This document shows positions 32,020 to 49,818 of a stretch of DNA of 64,000 nucleotides, piece by piece (within the stretch, counting starts at the first letter, position 1; every line of letters begins with the position of its first letter). The notes beneath the pieces were generated by a model. That model saw only the letters and a program-made list of their open reading frames with translations. It did not search any database and was not told the origin of the DNA. The position numbers were made by a program, and so were the translations under genes. The stretch is from the human T2T-CHM13v2.0 reference genome, Homo sapiens. The DNA is taken from NCBI RefSeq assembly GCF_009914755.1, contig NC_060926.1; one strand, given 5' to 3'.

Positions 32020-32235
32020 TAGGTGTTGGATGACTTTTTTTGGAGAGTAAAAGAGTAAATATCTTAGGTTTTGTGGGCTAAGAGGCAAGGTCCTCAATTA
32101 TTCTAGCAATTGTTCCCCTAGAAAGACCAATATTCCTTTTATATCTAAAAATGTAAAGCCATGATTAGCTCAAGGGTCCTGCAAAAACAGTGGGGTGGAC
32201 TAGATTTCCCTGTAGGCTGTAGTTTTCAACCCAAG
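32020..32235. mobile_element. MER58-type (hAT-Charlie) fossil
   Basis: agtaaatatcttaggttttgtgggc ... ctgtaggctgtagttttcaaccc. Confidence 0.65.
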
Positions 32236-32306
32236 CTCTACACCATATGTAAGAGATACGTATTCTTGTTTCCGCTTTTTAGATGATTAAAAACATACAT
32301 ATAAAT

Positions 32307-32623
32307 GGCCAGGCGCGGTGGCTTACGCCTGTAGTCCCAGCACTTTGGGAGGCCGAGGTAGGCGGATCACAAGGTCAGGAGATCAAGACCAGCCTGGTCA
32401 ACATGGTGAAACCCCGTCTCTACCAAAAATACAAAAATTAGCCAGGTATGGTGACAAGTGCCCGTAAACCCAGCTACTCGGGAGGCTGAGGCAGGAGAAT
32501 GGCGTGAACCCAGAAGACAGAACTTGCAGTGAGCCAAGATCACACCACTGCACACAAGCCCGGGCGACAGAGCAAAACTCTGTCTCAAAAAAAAAAAAAA
32601 AAAAGAAAAAGAAAAAGAAAAAA
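32307..32623 (+). mobile_element. AluS/Y-like
   Basis: Full Alu with long A-tail; flanking tacatataaa repeat. Confidence 0.94.
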
Positions 32624-34074
32624 CACCGTACATATAAAGAAAATTACAGATCAAATATTACAATGCATATTAGGAATCAGCAGAGGTGAAATTGTGTTCC
32701 CAGAAACAAACTAATGCTATATGGTATGCATTTGAGGATTAGTTCTGAAGATAGCTGAAGTAAATTGGAGTCCACTTCATTTTATCCTCCGCATATTGAA
32801 AAGTCTGTTATGCCTCAGGAACTTCTTGGTACTAAATCACAAAATTAAGAATGATCATTGATACAAAAATTCTCAGTAATTTGATAATATACAATGTCTG
32901 TGTGGAGTCTAAATATGCATTCTGAGGAAACAAGGTTATTTATATATATTATACCTTTTCTTCATTTAAAGATTAAAAGTCATTGTTGAGTTATTCTTAG
33001 ATAGCCTTCAAACCCAAGTATATTATAACTGTGAGTATATCAGACATGCTATTAATTTTTCCTGTGTTCTATATAGAGAAGCCTTCTTTGATGTGAATTT
33101 TGTCATTTGTATATTCTCTGATTTAAACGTGTTGTTTGTATCTTAAACATCACAAATGAAGTTGCATTTTCATAACAGCTTAGCATCATAACCTTTTCTA
33201 TATTTCTTGCTTTAATTCCAAATCACTATAGAGTGTGCCCACAGTTGTATCTTTTTACATGTTTTTATTCCTTAGGCCAGAGCCTATTAAAACACTTCAC
33301 AGGTCCTATTGCTATCTCTGGGCATGTTACTGGCTTTCCATTCTTCAAATACCTGTCCATTGTGAATTATAGGCACTAGCTGTGTCAAATGAAAACAATT
33401 TCAAAGATTTGTGTGTGGAGAACTTGAGAATCGCTACCTAGTCCTTTGAAATGTGGTCAGCTGGATATTGTTAGCCTCCTTGTCATTTATTTTGTGTCCC
33501 ATATTTTGAAGAGCCTTCTCATAAACTCCTAGGGCTTGACAGTCTGGGTGTCTGGTTTAAGAACTTTCTTATCACATTATTACCTAAGGGCTGCAAAGGG
33601 CACTACTTACCAACTCCACAAAAATGAAAAGTGTCTCTGAAAATATTTGTCTTCAGACTGACTCATTCTTGAATGTCTGAAACGTATACTGGATACTTTT
33701 TGGTTTGTTTACTCGGCTTAGAATGTGGGATTAAAATGAGAAATTAACATCAACTAAACCTAAAACTTAGACTTTTCTAGCAATGCATTTTTATTTTTCA
33801 TTTTGTGGATAGGTCAAGAGCCTACCAGTCTCATCATCATCATTTTTTTTTTAATGAAAAGTCATTATCGTTTTTCCCTCATTATGAAATAATGTACAAC
33901 CAAAAATTTTAAAGCAATTCAAAAAAGTATAAAGTCAAATAGGAAAATCACCATGATCCCCAGAGTAACCATTTTTAATCATTCTATGTATTTACTTCCA
34001 GAATTTCTGTGCATATATAGGTTCTTACAAAAATATCATATAAATCTGTCTGATGTTTTTATGAGTTGCTGTAA

Positions 34075-34516
<442 letters not shown>

Positions 34517-34599
34517 TAGCCTTAGCTTTCACTAATAGATGTTTGTACTACTCTTTTGATATTAAAAATTTTCCTTAGGATAAAACAAATAAGAGGGTG

Positions 34600-34940
34600 T
34601 TTACATGCTACAACATAGATGAACCTTGAGTTCCTTATGCTAAGTGAAAGAAGCAAGTCACAAAAAGACAAATACTGCACGATTCCATTTGTATTTAGTA
34701 CCTACAGTAGTCAAATTCATAGAGACAGAATACAGAGTCGTGTTTGGCAGGGACTGGAGGGAGGAGAGAATGAGAGATTGCTGCTTAATAGGTACAAAGT
34801 TTCAGTTTTACAAGATAAAAAGAATTCTGGAGATTAATTGTGCAACAATGTGAATGTACTTAACACCAATGACCTGCACACTAAAAAATGGTTAAGAAGG
34901 TAAATTTGGCAAGGTGCATCCTTCCACAATTAAATTTTTT
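34600..34940 (+). mobile_element. L1MB-type 3' end
   Basis: catgctacaacatagatgaaccttga...gctaagtgaaagaagc...aaaaatggttaag. Confidence 0.8.
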
Positions 34941-35671
34941 AAAATCAAAGGATGTTTAAAATATGATTGTATATATTTTATTGTAAAATGTACTGACTGG
35001 GTATATAAACGCCACCCTTTCCTGTCAATTTCAGTTATCTGGAAGACAAACAAAAACCAGGACAATACTACAAAGATTCTGCACTTCATTTGTAGTTGAG
35101 GCCCTCAGACCTTACCGCATCTCTTTATTCTGAATTTATAAGTAATTCAATCGAGCTTTAGTTACTGATTTCTTAATTAGTAGCATAGATTAAACAATTA
35201 GAAATACAGAAGAGGTATCAGAGAGCTATAGGTAAGGAAGCAGCAGTAGAAAGAAAGGAAGGTAGAAAGCCTAATACCACAAAAAGAATCTTCCTCCAAA
35301 AAAAAAGCATACTTAACAATCAAAACCATAGACCATCCTGCAATTAAATGATATAAATGCAAATAAATATCTCTATGTATGCAACAGCATCACTCAACAA
35401 ATACTTCTTAAGTATCAGTTATGTACCAAGAATCCCTTAGGGCCCAAAAGTGTTCACAGTGACAGCAATATTGTTCAGGAAAGGAGGATTATGTCACTTT
35501 CAGTCTGTTTACAAGGCAGGAGAGCCTGTCATACAATCACAGATGGTCAGAGTTTGGGTTTTAATGGTAAACTTCAGTTATCTAGAAATTGCACTTCTAT
35601 AGACTCTCATGTTTCCTCAAATCCTGTGTCCAAATGGTATCCTGTTTAATAATTGTATATGATTTAGTGAC

Positions 35672-36031
35672 TGTATTGGTCTATTCTCACACTGCTGATA
35701 AAGATATACCCAAGACTGGGTACTTTATAAAGAAAAAGAAGTTTAATGGACTCACAGCTCCACATGGCTGGGGAGGCCTCACAGTCATGGCAGATGGTGA
35801 AAGGCATGTCTTACATGGTGGCAGACAAGAGAGAATGAGGACCAACTGAAAGGGGTTTCCCCTTATGAAACCATCAGCTCTCATGAGACTTATCCACTAC
35901 CATGAGAACAGTATGGGAGAACCACCCCATGATTCAATTATCTCCCACTGACTCTCTCCCACAACATGTGGGAATTATGGGAGCTACAATTCAAGATGAG
36001 ATTTGGGTGGGGACACAGCCAAACCATATCA
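35672..36031 (-). mobile_element. THE1 solo LTR (intact length ~360 bp)
   Basis: tgtattggtctattctcacactgctgataaag ... ggggacacagccaaaccatatca; 5-bp TSD GTGAC/GCGAC. Confidence 0.94.
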
Positions 36032-36693
36032 GCGACCTTACCTATCTACATGGACTTGTACCACCTTGCTCCTTTTGTAAGCAAGCAATTTGTAAGCACA
36101 TTATTCACCAAGCAGCAGTATGTGCTTGTTAACAAAGACATATTTTAGCCACAATGTTAACCTGACTGTAGTCCTGTTTTATTTGACTGTTTGTACCAAT
36201 AGCCACAGTTTATAGGTTTGGGCTATAGAAAAAGCTGATATTGAGCATAACAAAATAATGCATGATGTACCATCACTATAGGATGGTGGGTTTATTAAAA
36301 TAAAATATCTCTCCCTTTCTCCAGGGAAGCCGTAAATTGCAAAATTATCAATATGCCATCTAGCAGTTTATTTATCATGTGAAAATTTGGAAGTAAAATG
36401 TGTGGTTTCAGCAACTGAATTCAGTAGTAATGACAACTGTTCAAGAAAAATGTGCTCATACAGAATTCTTGGTTACCATCACCTGTGATGGGGCCTAAAT
36501 ATTTTTCTTTGGAGAAAAAGTAATGAAATTTGGAGGCCTTACAGTTAAACATTATTCTGGACATTACTGGTTTTGCTTGTTCTGTTTTACAAAATGCTTC
36601 TGCAAACAAGACAGTGCTGGCACAAGGGCAGAAGACACTCTCAGCATTGCTTTAAGAGTCAGATTCATCCATTAAAATACACATTCAAACTCC

Positions 36694-36796
36694 ATATAAC
36701 TATATATAGTCACATATATAGTTATAACTATATTTAACTATATATAAAATAACTATATATATAGCTATATATATATATATATATATAGTTATTTTA
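36694..36796. repeat. TA-rich quasi-palindromic microsatellite
   Basis: taactatata / tatatagtta units. Confidence 0.9.
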
Positions 36797-36869
36797 AATT
36801 TGCCTTAATAGCTAAACCCCTTTTTAAGGTTTTCCAAATGCGACTGCTCATTTGAAAAAATGTCGTGTG

Positions 36870-37284
<415 letters not shown>

Positions 37285-37650
37285 CTAACAGTGAAGCAAG
37301 CTATCAAGGTGTCTGCTCTGTTGATCCAACTTGAACAATCAAACTCTACTTTAGCAACAAGAAAAACATATTTTTAATATTAAAAGAAAAGTAAAGCACA
37401 TATTAGGAAAGGTGGAAATAGAATCATCTTGGAGACTTATAAAAGATATCTGATGCTTAACGTTTAGAAATCTTGTGACCTGAATTTCAATTGTTTTGCT
37501 TTCTAAATTATTTTATATTTGTTTATTTGTATTTTGGTTGTAAAAAAAGCAGAATTAATAAAAATTCTTTTTTCATATCCTTTCGTATTTCTACAAAACA
37601 GATGTTGCCATTATGTGGAATTTGTCATCTTCCAATATACAATAAAATAG

Positions 37651-37985
<335 letters not shown>

Positions 37986-38819
37986 CCTTGGTCCCATTAT
38001 TTCTATCCCATCTTTGCCTTTTCCATTTGCTCTGCCACCTGGCTCCTGCACTCACCCTTCTCTTAGAGCCTTTTCCACTTATGACACTATACACTGTGCC
38101 AGCGGGGTGGGTTGTTTTTGCAGAGCCAATCCCAAAGACTTTTGTTAATTCCCCCTTGGCTTTCTTGTCTATCTGCTTCTAAGATTTTATTTACTTGGTA
38201 TTAGTCATCTGGATGAGAAGAAAAACTCAGTCAATCATCAAAATGTCTAAAATATCCAAACGTTTGTATTCCCAGAGATGTAGCTTACATTTTCTTATTT
38301 ATTTTTGTATGACGTCTCACTCCAGCTGTCATTGTATTTACATGCTTATCTCCCCATAGTCTGTTTTTAGTGCTGTGAAGCACTCTTGTATCCTTGACAT
38401 TTTCCAAGTTTAATTTTTAATCTTCTTTTCTTGTTTTTACCACAGTTATATATTTTATATAGTTAAATAATTTACACCTATGACTTATGTTATCTGTCTG
38501 GTACTCTGTGATTTACTTTTTCATATAGTCAGTATGTATTGAGCATCTTCTGTTTGCATTTGTAACCCCAGTGCTGTCTAGAGGTATCCTGTCCTTTGAG
38601 GTTTAAAACTACATGAAATTCCTTGAATACCATCTCGACCTGTAGGAAGTCCAAATTCTGCCCCAAGATTTCTTCACCTTCCCTGGGGCCTGCATTTTCT
38701 TGGTAGCTTTTCCTTCTGATTTTCTGTACTTGCTGAAGATTTGAATCTTACCCACATCTCAATTTCCACAATGATTCTTCCATTAATGGACCAGAGCTTC
38801 TTGTTTAATAAGGCGGTTT

Positions 38820-38821
<2 letters not shown>

Positions 38822-38854
<33 letters not shown>
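38822..38854. repeat. (TG)n microsatellite (former AluJ tail)
   Basis: Direct read; lies inside the TSD pair of the AluJ at 39171-39452. Confidence 0.95.
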
Positions 38855-38856
<2 letters not shown>

Positions 38857-38868
38857 CAGAGACAAAGC

Positions 38869-39452
<584 letters not shown>

Positions 39453-39799
39453 ATAAGGCAGTTTTATATGACAAAGTGTATTGAAGATTTAGAGATAACA
39501 CAGGAAATTTCAACTACATTGATAATGTGCTATTTCTGAGCTGGGTGGTAGCTGCAGGAGTATTTATTACATTATTCTTGATACCTTTCCATATATATGG
39601 AGAATAGTTTAAAATTTTTATGTGTCAGTGGAGAGTCCTATAACTCAGAATGAATAATGATTTTATCTTCATGTTATCAGAAAAGAAGTCAGATGCTCTG
39701 AGGAGCTGGATGCTTTTGTCCAATGAGTTGCAGACAGACGTTATTGCTGGAATTTTTTATTAAGAACATTTCAAAGTCATCACCCCTCTTTGTTTTACC

Positions 39800-40521
39800 T
39801 TGTCCAGCACAAAGGAATTATCAACACCTGTACATGTCATGAAATTACCATTGCAGTGGTCTCATCTTCTTCTTGACCTCTGTCACTGGTTCCCCTGTAA
39901 GACAGTACTCTTGATCTTGACATCACCAATCACAGTTCCTCTCCAAGCACCCTCCAGTCTTTCCATCTTTGTCCCTAGGACTCCAAATCCCATAATCCTT
40001 CCATCTCACTGGTACCCACAATTCCTTTATCCATTGCTTTGTCACTGTCTCTGTGCTCCTGGAGTCTCCTGTCTTCCCTCATTGATGACCTTTATTTCAT
40101 GGTCAAGGAGCCATCAGGACCACTTTTTTTTTTTTCGCATTCATCCTCAGCTCTCTTGCTTGATCAAATCCATCTGGAAAAACCACAAATCTGCTTAAAT
40201 CCCACTGTGTCTATGCAGCCCAGTCACTGCTTCCCCTCCTTCTTTCAAGTCTTTATTCCAAAAATCACCTCCTCAGGTGAGCCCTTTCGTGACCACATTA
40301 TCTAAATGTTTACAACCCACCCCTGACATTTCACTTCTTTCTTTCCTGCATTAATTTTTCTTGGCAATTATAATTAGTTAACGTGTGTATTATACATATA
40401 TATTTATCTTATCTATTGTTTTCTTCCCCCTGTTAGAACATAAGCTACCGTGTCCCCTGTATCTAGAATAGTGCCTGGTGCATAGTACATAATAAATGTT
40501 TTTTGAATGAATGAATAAATG
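39800..40521 (+). mobile_element. L2
   Basis: Ends ctagaatagtgcctggtgcatagt...aataaatgttttttgaatgaatgaataaatg. Confidence 0.75.
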
Positions 40522-40689
40522 ATACCACTTCTAGATTTGAATATAAATTTGAAGTTGGACATTAGGAAAAAAAAAGTGAAAATAAGTGACTGAGGGAAAA
40601 TGGCTTTGAGGGTGAGAAAGCGTCCCATCCTATCACTGAGCACAGTAGATCATTTAACTCAGCATCCTTGTGTTTAAAATGCTCCTTAA

Positions 40690-40811
40690 GCCAGGTGCAG
40701 TGGTGCACCTAAGTAGCTTGTAGTCCCACCTACTTAAGAGGCTGAGATGGGAGGATTGCTTGAGCCCAGGAGTTTGAGACCAGCCTGGACAACATACGGA
40801 GACACTGTCTC

Positions 40812-40859
<48 letters not shown>

Positions 40860-40866
40860 TAATAAA
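40690..40866 (+). mobile_element. FLAM (free left Alu monomer) with (AAT)n tail
   Basis: Single monomer; TSD aaaa(t)gctccttaagc. Confidence 0.9.
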
Positions 40867-41804
40867 AAGCTCCTTAAGCACCCTTGACATACAATACCCA
40901 ATCTTGCTCCTGCAGTCCTTCAGCCCCCTGCCCCTGAGCTTGCTATCTTTCAAGCTTCCTTGCACATTTTCCTTTTCTGGCACTGTTTCTGTTCTGCCTG
41001 ATTCATGTTCATTTTATACGTAGTGAAAGTTATACATTTCTTGGCCTGTTCTCAGGTCAACACCCACCTGCAGGCTTTGTCCAGAGAGTGTCCTATTATC
41101 ATCAAATGGGCCCCTGAAGTCATGGGAGGCAGCTAAGAGGACACTTTCCTCTCCCCAACACTGTGAACTTGTCCCCCCTCCTAGGAATGTAGAGATGAGT
41201 AAGATGTGGCTTGCTATGAGAAACTTCGTGGGGTGGTGGAGAAGGCATGTAAACAAATAATTACAGTGCAATTAGGTACGTGTTATAAGTCAGTTATGCA
41301 CAAAACAAATGAGGGAGCAACTAACCACCTTGCGGGTTGAGGGAGGTAGTCTTTCAAGACAGGTAACTTTGAACTGCTCTGGAATCAGCAAAACTCAGCC
41401 AAGCAAGGTCAGAGGCAGTGAGAAGTGGGCATGTCAGGCCAAAAAACCATGTGGAAAAGCACAGGAATATGAAAGCAAGCAGAGGGTCTCAGCGGGCAGG
41501 AATCGCACCTGCAGCCCCATGGGGGCCAATGGCCTCTCTGCTAGGGATATAGGGGACACAGAATACAGAGAGCCTCCCACACCATGCCCAGGAGTTCAGA
41601 CTCAGCACTGATGGCCAGGTCTAAATACTTTTAATCAACCAAGTGACATCATCTAATTCGGGGAATTTATTTAGGATTGATCATTAATCTCAACTATCCT
41701 ATATTTTTACAAATAACTTCTGTTTTATTTCATAAATATCAAAGAGATTGGTATAAAAGTTCTGGGGATGAATCTTAGTTCCTTTTTAATACTTGATATG
41801 CTAA

Positions 41805-41980
41805 GGAAGTTCTCAGAGTGTGGTCTGGGGAACCCCTGAAACTAAGCCCCTGCAAGCTGCTTGTTTTAAGTACCGATTCTAGGCCTCAGACCTGCTCACT
41901 GAGGATGGGATCTCGAGGGGAAAAGTATGGTTACTAAAGACTTCAAATAATTCATATACATGAAAAGTTGAGAACCACTG
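41805..41980. mobile_element. MER5-type fragment
   Basis: ttctcagagtgtggtc...aaagttgagaaccactg. Confidence 0.55.
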
Positions 41981-42124
41981 TCCTAAGGTTCTGTTGGAAT
42001 ATCATGAAACTATACAGAGATAGTTTTCTTAATCACAATCTGATGTGAACTGATACTATCAAGGAAGTGTGTTACTCATAACAAATGGGGAAAAATATCC
42101 CAAACATTTACATCATATACTTTA

Positions 42125-42478
<354 letters not shown>

Positions 42479-43144
42479 TTACAGAGAGTTATAGTCATGA
42501 TTTATCTCACTTATATCCAGCCCCAATCAAAGTATTAATTAGATAGTGTCTATTGTCCTCCACTTGTGGGGAGAAGATGTTTTGCATAGCAGTGAGCAAC
42601 TAAGCCAGGAATGAATTCAGCTCTAAGAAGTTACTCTTCTCCATAGTGAGCTCCTCCAAGACAAAGCCTTTAGGTGTGGGCTCTGATACTCCAAGCAGGC
42701 CAGACTGCTGGGCAGAAAAGTCAACATGAAGCAGAGCCTCTGTGCTCTGAAGTTTGCACGCAATCGCTCCGAACGCAGTCAGCTTATCGGTCCAAGGGAA
42801 AATTAGAAGTTCCAGATTCCAAATAAGATCTGGACTGACCTTGGAGTAATGACTATGAGACAGATGAACTTTAAGGCGTTTTACGATCTTAATATTCTAT
42901 TACTTATAACAATGGAGAGTGTAGCTCTCCCACCATCAGCCAGTGGAAGCGCAGGTGACCTCTGGGGTTTCCCTGTGTCTGCAGATAACTGTCAGCTCTA
43001 AGCTTTCTTCATCAGATATCTCAACCATTGTCTTTAAAATTTTCCTATGTTTATTCTGACTTTGTTTTTTTCTACCAGGAAGTAAAAACTAAGCTAGTAG
43101 TTTTCCAAACTGAAAAAACAAACAAACAAACAAAAAATTACTTA

Positions 43145-43464
<320 letters not shown>

Positions 43465-43596
43465 TTATAGTTTGAGAAAACAATTAATAAATTATAGGAC
43501 TTTAAATTTCTATTTTTGAGATGAACTGTCTTTTTATTGCTCTGAATGAATTTTCTTTTTTGTTATTAATTTTTATGTTTAGAAAAAGTAATCTAG

Positions 43597-43886
43597 TTTT
43601 GTTTTGTTCTTGTTTTTGACAGGGTTTCACTCTGTCGCCCAGGCTGGAGTGCTGTGGCGCGATTACAGCTCACTGTGGCCTCAACCTCCTGGGCTCCAGC
43701 GATCCTCCCGCCTCAGCATCCTGAGTAGCTGGAACTACAGGCTTGCGCCACCATGCCTGGCTAATTTTTTTTATAGAGACAGGGTCCCACTATGTTGCCC
43801 CGGCTGGTCTCCAACCCCTGGGCTCAAGTAATCCTCCCACCTTGGCCTCCCAAAATGCTAGGATAACAGGTGTGAGCCACCTGGCC
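43597..43886 (-). mobile_element. AluJ
   Basis: J-type reverse Alu (cctgggctc, actatgttgccc). Confidence 0.92.
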
Positions 43887-44384
43887 TAAACTTTGGTTTT
43901 GTAAATAACATTTTCAAAGATTTTTTTTCAAATGGTCCTATGAATAGACAAACCAGGCACATGACCTAAGAAGTCCCATCCGCCTTAATATGCGTCTCCA
44001 CCTGCCAGCCTGCAGCTCGAATTTTCCATCACTTGTGGCACTGGTGGCAGCTTTCTGTCTTTTTTGTTTGTTTTAAGAGGTAATGTTTTCTGAAAAATGT
44101 GTCAGTTCCCAGGCGGATTTTTAAAAATTAACCCATTAGCATCATGTCTCTCGATAAGATTAGTTTACTTTCACCTCTCAGACAGAAGACCCTGCAGCAG
44201 CAGGTGACAAAGCAAAGAGTGACCAACAAGAGAGAGTGGAGGTGGGTGTGGCTAATTTAGTGGTTCCCAGTGCAGGGTTGCACCAGGCCAAAGCAAGTGA
44301 GAAAAATAAGAACGAGGTAGAGATTTTTTTTTTTAATCAAGTAAAATGGGAGCTTTTTATCAAGTTCCCATGTTAAGGGAACAG

Positions 44385-44889
<505 letters not shown>

Positions 44890-45155
44890 TAAGACACATT
44901 TATTTTATTGCCCTGTGAAGTTCAAAACATGAAGAACTTTTGGACTAGAGGATCTGCTGGGTTCTTCCAGTCCCCAAATTGTATTCCCTGTGTCCCCCAA
45001 GCTCTGGACAGAAGCACAGTGGGAGAAGGGGAGGCACATGGGGGTAGGCGGACAGAAAGAAGAGACAGGTCCCAGTCTGCCATTCCAAGGTAGAAGACCA
45101 TCTCTCACTGGAACTCACAGCTGATCTCTTCTTTAAGTTTCTATTCTAATGTTAG

Positions 45156-45461
<306 letters not shown>

Positions 45462-45520
45462 TAATTTTTAATGCAATTTTTATATTGCCATAGAAAAAAT
45501 ATAATGAAGATAATTTGTAC

Positions 45521-45842
45521 CAGGAATCACCAAGCTTTTCCCATAAAGAGCCACGTAGTAAATATTTTAGGCTTTGCAAGCCAAGAGGCAAAATGAAGGC
45601 TACTATGCAGATACCTATATAACAAGAGAGAAAATAAATATCCACAACATTTGTATTGATGAAATGCAAACTTATGGACATTGAGATTTAAAGTTTATAT
45701 AATTTTCACATTACAAAATGTTATTTCTCTCTTAATTTTGTTTCAACCATGAAAAATATAAAAACCAGTCTTAGCTCATAGGCCGGATGGAAACAGGCAG
45801 AGGGCTGGATTTGTCCTGCAAGCTGCTGTCTGCCAAGTCCTG
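45521..45842. mobile_element. MER58B-like
   Basis: cagg...gtagtaaatattttaggctttgcaagcc...cttagctc...ggatttg...cctg. Confidence 0.75.
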
Positions 45843-45986
45843 CATTATACAGCTAATTTCATGAGCTACTATGTTATGTTTTTCACTGGGATTTTACGTC
45901 CCATCATGAGGGGCACAGTGATAGGGTGAGAGGGGGAGAAACATACCCCTCCTCCCCCAGTGCCTTGTGGCCAGCAGAGCCCGTCA

Positions 45987-46470
<484 letters not shown>

Positions 46471-47619
46471 CTGATGGAAGTTCATTTCCTCTACCACCAT
46501 CCTGATCAAGGGATCCCGTGGAGCCTATTTTTCTTACATGAATAGTGAAGTTTTCTCAGTCTTTCTGCATTCAAAACCTTTTAGGGGGTAAAAAGAAAAG
46601 AAAAAAAAAGGAACCTGGAGTTAATGATTATAGGTATACTTACCATTCTCTGCATTGCATAAGACGGGCAAAATTTTCTTACCATATTATTTATTCTCAA
46701 ATGTACCAGAGAGCCCTCACTGCACCGTCTTTGTCAGAGTTAGTAATCTGTATGCTTGCTGTCATCCAGAAAATCAAAAACGGGTGGCTGGCTTACATGT
46801 CTAGACTAGTGATGTGTCTCTGGACGGGAGTTGAGGGATAGGAAGTGGCAGCTGCAGTGAGATTTCTTTGATGTCCAAGGGTGGTGACAGCAGCTTCAGG
46901 GCGGGGCAGGCGGGGGCATCCCGCAAAGCAGTCCATGGGTGTCATTCTTCTTCACTGGAGGGCATGGTGCCAGGGCACATGGTTGGTTGCTTAAGGCAGA
47001 CACGGGCAGAGGCGGCCCTGCAGAGGACAGCTCGTGGCGTCTGTCTGGCACGGTTTGGCTATACTTGGTCAGCTCTTCTTTTCACACACAAAAACTTTCC
47101 CCTCAGGCTATTGGCTGGGCAGAGGGACTGGCAGGGTCAGTAATCATAATGCAAAATCAACAGACCTGCTCAGTAGGGTGTTAACCAGCTGTGAACGGTG
47201 CCAACTCCCCCTGCTATTAAACCAGGCTGGGCTGGGCTGGGCTGCGGGAGAGAGATTGGAGAAAGGCAGGGCAGGCCACGTCTGTTTCACCAGCATGCAC
47301 AGGAACGAGCATGCTGGCTGTTGACAGTAGAGAGAGAAATAGTCAAGATTATTTGGAAATTATGTTCTGGTCTATTAATAAAAATGCATGTGCATATTTC
47401 CTGATCCTTTTAACGAACAATAAAAATGGATGTGTTTAATGAGATCCTTCATGAGTTTTAAGGATAAAAAGATAATTGTTTACAGTGCTAGGGGGATATA
47501 AGGAATTGTGAGACACCGTTCCCACCTGCAGTTTAGGGAAAGTGATAAACCCTCAACTCAGGAGCACCTAATGATCCATGTCAAGTCAATGAGTTAGTAA
47601 CAGCCTACAGTAACAGCCC

Positions 47620-47810
47620 TCAGTGTATCCTATGAACTCTTCTAAGGGCTTACCTGTGCTAACCAATCTGACCCCATTTCACAGATGTGGAAACCGAGAC
47701 ACCTGAGACTGCCTAGACTCACAGAGGTGAGGTGGCAGAGCTGGGATTTAGACCCAGGAAGTACGTCTCTGGAACTGGTGCCCTTCACCCTGTACCACTT
47801 TGCCTCATAA
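47620..47810 (-). mobile_element. MIR
   Basis: ccccatttcacagatgtggaaaccgag...ggcagagctgggattt. Confidence 0.75.
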
Positions 47811-48451
47811 GAGAAAGCGATGTGCAGGTGAGACATGGGTGGCACACGGGCACTGCGAGAATTGAGATCAAGAGAAGAGTGTGAGACCCAATTGATCCGC
47901 ACTCCTGGAAGGCTTGCTGCCTTTGTGTAATATATTTGATCTGGCACCTTTCTTGGATAAGCATCAAGTACCATTGGGGTCTCTAACCAATATTTTGTTA
48001 AATAAAACATTGTAATGTGTCTGTGCTCTTAGGCAAATGATATTTGGTTAATCAACCAATATAGTCAGTGTACTCTAATAATACTATTAACAAATATGAG
48101 TTAATTCATTTATTGTTTGTTAGAGATAGATAACAGCAGTCTCTCACCCTTGCTCTTAGATTCAACACCAGTTCTTTGGCACTGGACAAGGGACTTCAAG
48201 AGGAAATGTCAGGGAGGAAGGTGGCTAGTGCAGACTGATGGAAGAAAGGATCAAACAATAGTTGTGGATGTCCTTTGGCTTGGAATCTTGAAAAGGAGAA
48301 AGGGGAGTCCCCCAGTGACTGAGTCCTTATTGAGTGCAGGGTACCAGGCAGGCTAGTGACAGCATCTCAACTCCTTACAAAAACACTGCAAGGTACATCC
48401 TAGTATCTCCCTTGACAGATGGGGGAACCTGGAAGGATTAAGAAATTTCCC

Positions 48452-48896
<445 letters not shown>

Positions 48897-49818
48897 TTAT
48901 TTTGCATTTTAAGTAAGGCCGTAAAACAGAAATGCAACTGTGAAAAAGAATGATTTCCACAAGTTTAACTACTTAATATTCAAAAGTGCTAAAACATCAT
49001 GTAATCTCGGGTCATTTCCTGATGGCAGGAGGGGGTTTAAAAGCCATAATATTATTATTAAGAGCTTTCTGTTCATGACAAATGATTTTGTATTCCATTA
49101 AGATATGAGGAAACTATGGGGTAATTTATTGCTGGAAGGAGAAAAATCATAAAAATGTTGCTTAAGAAATATCCATTAGTTATGCTTCCTTAATAGTTAG
49201 CCTTTGGCCATCCTGGTTTTTTATGTGATTTAACAGTTGAATAGTAATGAATGGGTTATTACTATTAAAGTAACCATAGTGTTTCAAAAAAATGGGTCCA
49301 ACAATGTAGATGGATTAAAATCAATGAGAATAAAAATATGGACTCTGTATCTTTTAAATTAAATAATTCATTTGAATTTTTGAATTACTGAAACATTTGC
49401 AAATTGAAAATGTATTTAAGAAAAGACAGCATTAGTGAGAGAAATTAATATCATGAGTCTTGAGCTACTGTCATCACCATCCAAAAGTATTCAAGTGCCC
49501 CTGTGCTGGGGTCTCTGCAATATCATACAGGCAGGGCTTATTTCTACAGCAGCAGCTGAACAGCAGCCAGAGAGCAGCCCTGACTATAATTTTGAGTTCA
49601 CACAATCAGGTGCAGCATCTACATGTCAGCAACATTGTCATGTGCTCTGAAGTCCTAGTCAGCTTAATTATGTAGCTGCACAAGCAAGCCACACCTTGCC
49701 AATTTAACTGAGAATTAAAGCTGGAATTATTTTGGAGCAGTTCCACTAACGCAGGCATAGAAACACAGCTCTAGACCTGGCTCTGGAGCCTCATCTGCAG
49801 GGCAGACCACATGCAAGT

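Larger units (their letters stand above)
39738..41180 (-). ncRNA. Candidate terminal exon of an antisense lncRNA (probably MFF-DT/LOC654841)
   Basis: Minus-strand AATAAA (TTTATT 39756-39761) and minus-strand acceptor cttactcatctctacattcctAG (plus 41181-41203). I recall an antisense lncRNA ending in COL4A3 intron 1 about this far from exon 2. Boundaries unverified. Confidence 0.35.
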
